This document shows positions 60,161 through 64,000 of a DNA stretch of 64,000 nt, piece after piece. The position numbers and the translations under genes are program-made. The stretch's first letter is position 1. Each line of letters begins with the position of its first letter. The stretch is from positions 6,696,001 through 6,760,000 of the forward strand of contig CP075494.1 in assembly GCA_021613535.1 (NCBI GenBank), in the 5' to 3' direction. The DNA is from Adineta vaga. Taxonomy: Eukaryota > Animalia > Rotifera. The notes under the pieces are model-generated. The model made no database searches, was not told the origin of the DNA, and saw nothing but the letters and a program-made list of their open reading frames with translations.

Positions 60161-62108
60161 TCATTTGGAATTATCGGATTGTTCATTTTTGGCCATTTCT
60201 ATCAACATTTCACATATCGGTTTATGTTTCGACCAATGTTTCACTTGACATTCTCTGAAACAATACAACAAAGTCAATTAACTCAAGCATCTATCCAACT
60301 AGATCTAACATACCGTCGACAATACCATTCACGTTGACATCTTGAACAACGTTTAGTCGCTTGCTCACCACACATGGCACATTTGGGTGCTTCGTTAATA
60401 AATGTTTCGAGTATATCAAAATTCATTGTATTTGCCCATCTAATGCAAATGAATATCAGCTATTTTCTTATGCTTAAAAAACAAACAACTAAAGTATATA
60501 TTTACCGTGCTGCTTGTTGTTGTGCTTCAGCTTTTGTAGGATTTAAAATTGTTTTTGCCTGTTTTTCAGCAACATCACGCCATTGATTTTTATATTTTCG
60601 TATAATTCGATCGTATAATTCCGCAACCTAAATCAATCGAATATCATTTCGAGATAATCAGTACAGATTGTTTACGATGCTTACTTGTTCTAAAACAAGT
60701 TGTTTTTTTACTGCTGGTGGTTCCATAAAACTCAATTGTTCGAGAAAACGTTGTAATTGAATAAGATGAGGCATTTGATCAAGAACAATTTCATTCAGAT
60801 GAGCTCGTAATTTCGTAACACGATTTTTATTATAATCTGTATATTCATATTTTTGTAAGCAATGTGGACTAAGTAATAATTGATAAAGTGCAAGCCAAAC
60901 TTGTCCTTCAATTTTTGGCATTAAATGTCGATCTTCCAGAGAGATTGTTTGCCATTTACCTTCGACATGTCGCATGAATGTTCCTAAAAAATGAATAATT
61001 AAAAAAAAACGAATTCAATGGTGAAATTTCGTACCATCATTGAGTATTTTTTCCCATGGTTTCATTTCAATAAAATCAACAAGTAGTAAAATAAAATCAA
61101 AATTATCAAGTAAACGTGTTGTTACACTAATGGGTAATCTAACAAAAAAAACAAAACGAAAAGTCAATATAACTATTGAAAGATGAATATATCAAATTCA
61201 AACATACTTGGATAAAGAATCAGTAATATATCGAACAATACTTAACATTTTCATTCCCATATCAAATCGAAGAGTTTCTTCTTGCATCAAAAGTTCCTAC
61301 AAAAAAATCATTGAACTTGAAAAATATAATTTCATCAATTTGAAATTGTTTACTTTGATATTTTCAGAATACTCTTTCGTTGAATTCTCACTTTGATTGG
61401 ATTGTTTTTGTCGAGATCGTTGTTCTCTAAATGATCGAATCTTCTATGACTAAAAGTCAAGATCATCAATAAGTCTTTACTCATGTTTTATTTTACGAAT
61501 CAGTTCAGTCAATAATCGATAACTATAATCAACTAGATCAAGCATTTGATCATCAAATGCCGTACAAACATCTTCATGATACATCAATGTTTCTAATAAA
61601 TTCACGATCGATGCTTCATGATAAAACTAGAAAAGTAAAACAATGCAGAAAATAATGTTACATTTTAGTATTTACATACGATTATGTAAATAGAAAAGGT
61701 AACACGTGGTTCAAATTTGATTGCAATTAACTCCCGAAAGATTTTCTCTCGCCAAATTTCCGTTGTAATCAATTGAGAAACAAGAATTGGAAGCTAAGAA
61801 TACATTCATTTATTTGTTTCATAATTTCTTCAATTTCATTACTTACTTTATCATTACTAACTATTGATTCTCGAACATATTCATGAATATTTCGACTTGC
61901 TTCAAGAATGGCTTGCATATTTAATTTACCAATATATTCATGTTGTGTTTGCCATCTAGAGAAATACATGTGAGAGAGAGAGAAAGAGATTTGAAGAAAG
62001 TCTTTCTATATACCTTGCTTTTCCAATATCTTCAAGTTCGAAAGATTCTAATGCTTCGACAAATGCATCAACTTCTGTTGAAAGTAAAACAATTTGATCA
62101 TCACTCAT
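60161..62108 (-). CDS. ZMYND10: ZMYND10/BLU dynein assembly factor
   Basis: [12 protein letters not shown]...[12 protein letters not shown]...DQMPHL; C-terminal MYND finger CAMCG...[27 protein letters not shown]. Confidence 0.93.
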
Positions 62109-62230
62109 CTAGAATATGTATTTATAAGCAGGAACAGAAAAGAAATAACATAAAAATATTTTATGTTTAGCACCGAACATTTTTGCACATGATACAAAGC
62201 TAAAAGAGTATAAATGTAAAGATTCTATTT

Positions 62231-62973
62231 TCATATAGATGAAATGGGATTTTGTTTATCATCTTGATTTTTTGTTTCATCAATTTCTTTTGTTTGACGT
62301 AGTTCTTTTTCATAGCGAATTAATTGAAGTAAAAAAGATAAATTTGGGGCAGCTATACGACGTCGTTCCAATAAATAATCATATGCTTTATACAATGAAT
62401 CATGGTGATATCTATACATATAAATAAAATCAAAAATCTATTGAAATGGAAAATTAACACACTCTCTTACTTCATTAAATATGCGAGAATGATCGATGAT
62501 GATCGAGATATACCCATTTGACAATGAACTAAGACTTTTTCATTTTTTTGTTTACAATTATATAAAAATTCATTTGTACGATCGAAATGTTTTTTAATAT
62601 CAGCTTGTAAGTCATCATATAGATTTATCCATAGAACATTAAATTTCTCGACAATGATTTGATCTAATGCACAATCACATATATTAATAATATGTTGAAT
62701 ACCAAGTTGATTTAATAGACCAATATTTGATGCATGACCTAAATCACCATGATAGAGAAAATTGTCAATTACAACTGAAGGAAAACCAAGAGAACTTCGA
62801 CCAATTTCTTTTGTTTGATTTTTTTTAATTCGAAGATCTAACATAGATTTGAGATAAGCTAGTTCTTCATCCGTTGCTTTCGGAGATTTTCGTAGATAAT
62901 CTTCCATGAAATTCAGAGCTGAACCTAAGATCCATGTTTGTGATTGTTGACTATTAGGTAAAGTACTTGCCAT
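62231..62973 (-). CDS. Atypical dual-specificity phosphatase
   Basis: VLVHCQMGISRSSSIILAYLM...R..AAPNLSFLLQL; the frame stays open upstream to an acceptor at about 63037, so the 5' end is uncertain. Confidence 0.88.
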
Positions 62974-64000
62974 TGGTTGAGATTTATTTTTCGACTTGAT
63001 AGAACCCGTTTTGATAATTTTATGTGCTATTACGATCTAAAAAATGAATGTAGATATTTAAATATTCGATAGATTAGACAGATCTCTGGTTTTAGTTTTA
63101 TAATCCATACAATCGTTGTGTACAGAAGATTTAATGTATGTTAATTCTAAGCAAAAAAACAAATATAATCATCAATTATTATCGATATTCTTCTTGACAA
63201 CGACAGAATGAAGTAGAGACGTATATATGTAACGTAGTAATAGAACCAATTAATGAACAGGAATTCTCCAGATGTCATAAGTAGTCGTTCGATGTATATT
63301 TTTACAAACTCATACAGCAATACAGCTACACATAGTTCTTATCAGATATAATATTCGAAAAATGACAATCAAGTTAAAGGAAATGAAATAACATCGATTT
63401 TACCTTCGAACATTCACATAAACCAATAAGAATAATTTATGTGACAGTTTTTCATCAGTCTTTGATTTGATGGCTACAATTTTCCTCTGTCTGGGGGTTT
63501 TTCATTTCAGTTTCTATGTACGTTCCTTATATTTCTTTTGTCTGAGCACATTTCACCGTACAGAGTCAAAGTTTAAAACACGTTCGTAACAAGTGAGTCG
63601 GCTTATGATTTATAATTTTACACAACAAAAAACCACGTTCAACAAACTATTTATTAACAGTTATCTATATTCAAAGTGATGTTGAAGAGTAATCTAGACC
63701 ACAAGACATTTCTTAATTAACTTTGTTCATTTCATGTTTGAAGATATAAACTTCACGAAATTTACAACAGATAGATTGTACACAGTGAAGATCGTTGTGT
63801 ATCAGATATAGAAATTAGAACTATCGATGATTCGTTGTAGTCAAGTATCACATGGCGGGAAACGCTAAGGATTTAACAACAGTTTCATTAGAGTCGTCTT
63901 TCGATCGATTAAAAGTTGTATATAGTGAAGAGAGTATCCATAAGTGTGATGAGCTACCTGCAGCTTCAATTAATGTCACAAACTCCAATTTCTTTATGAA

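Overview
AT-rich (roughly 30% GC), gene-dense animal DNA with many 50-65 nt GT-AG introns. The intron style, secreted LEA-like genes and intron-bearing genes of apparent fungal or bacterial origin suggest a bdelloid rotifer; this is an inference. About 27 protein genes can be reconstructed by hand: Mtl/MIG-2-like Rac, Cks1, a neuropeptide GPCR, two head-to-head SPT/LCB2 paralogs, an apparently dead M15-like peptidase, an FN3-mucin membrane protein, GOLM-like, ZEB/zfh-1, Derlin-2, clathrin heavy chain, two LEA-like proteins, ERp29, tafazzin, a fungal-type ABM protein, POP1, U2A', mRpL40, CENP-V/GFA, STPG1, a bacterial-type AAA ATPase, FBXO15-like, ACLY, ZMYND10, a DUSP and one small orphan. Two non-protein layers stand out. 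(1) The oversized introns of clathrin and ERp29 hide structured RNAs: two H/ACA snoRNAs with identifiable rRNA targets, a U41-like C/D snoRNA, a 273-nt C/D RNA guiding U6 A53, and an unclassified H/ACA-like RNA. Both clear H/ACA RNAs are immediately preceded by the same compact tRNA-like A-box/B-box leader. (2) Many co-oriented genes are packed 21-220 nt apart with a splice acceptor (usually AG|AT) just before the start codon, as expected for SL-trans-spliced operons. All family and target assignments are from memory and hand alignment, not database searches.
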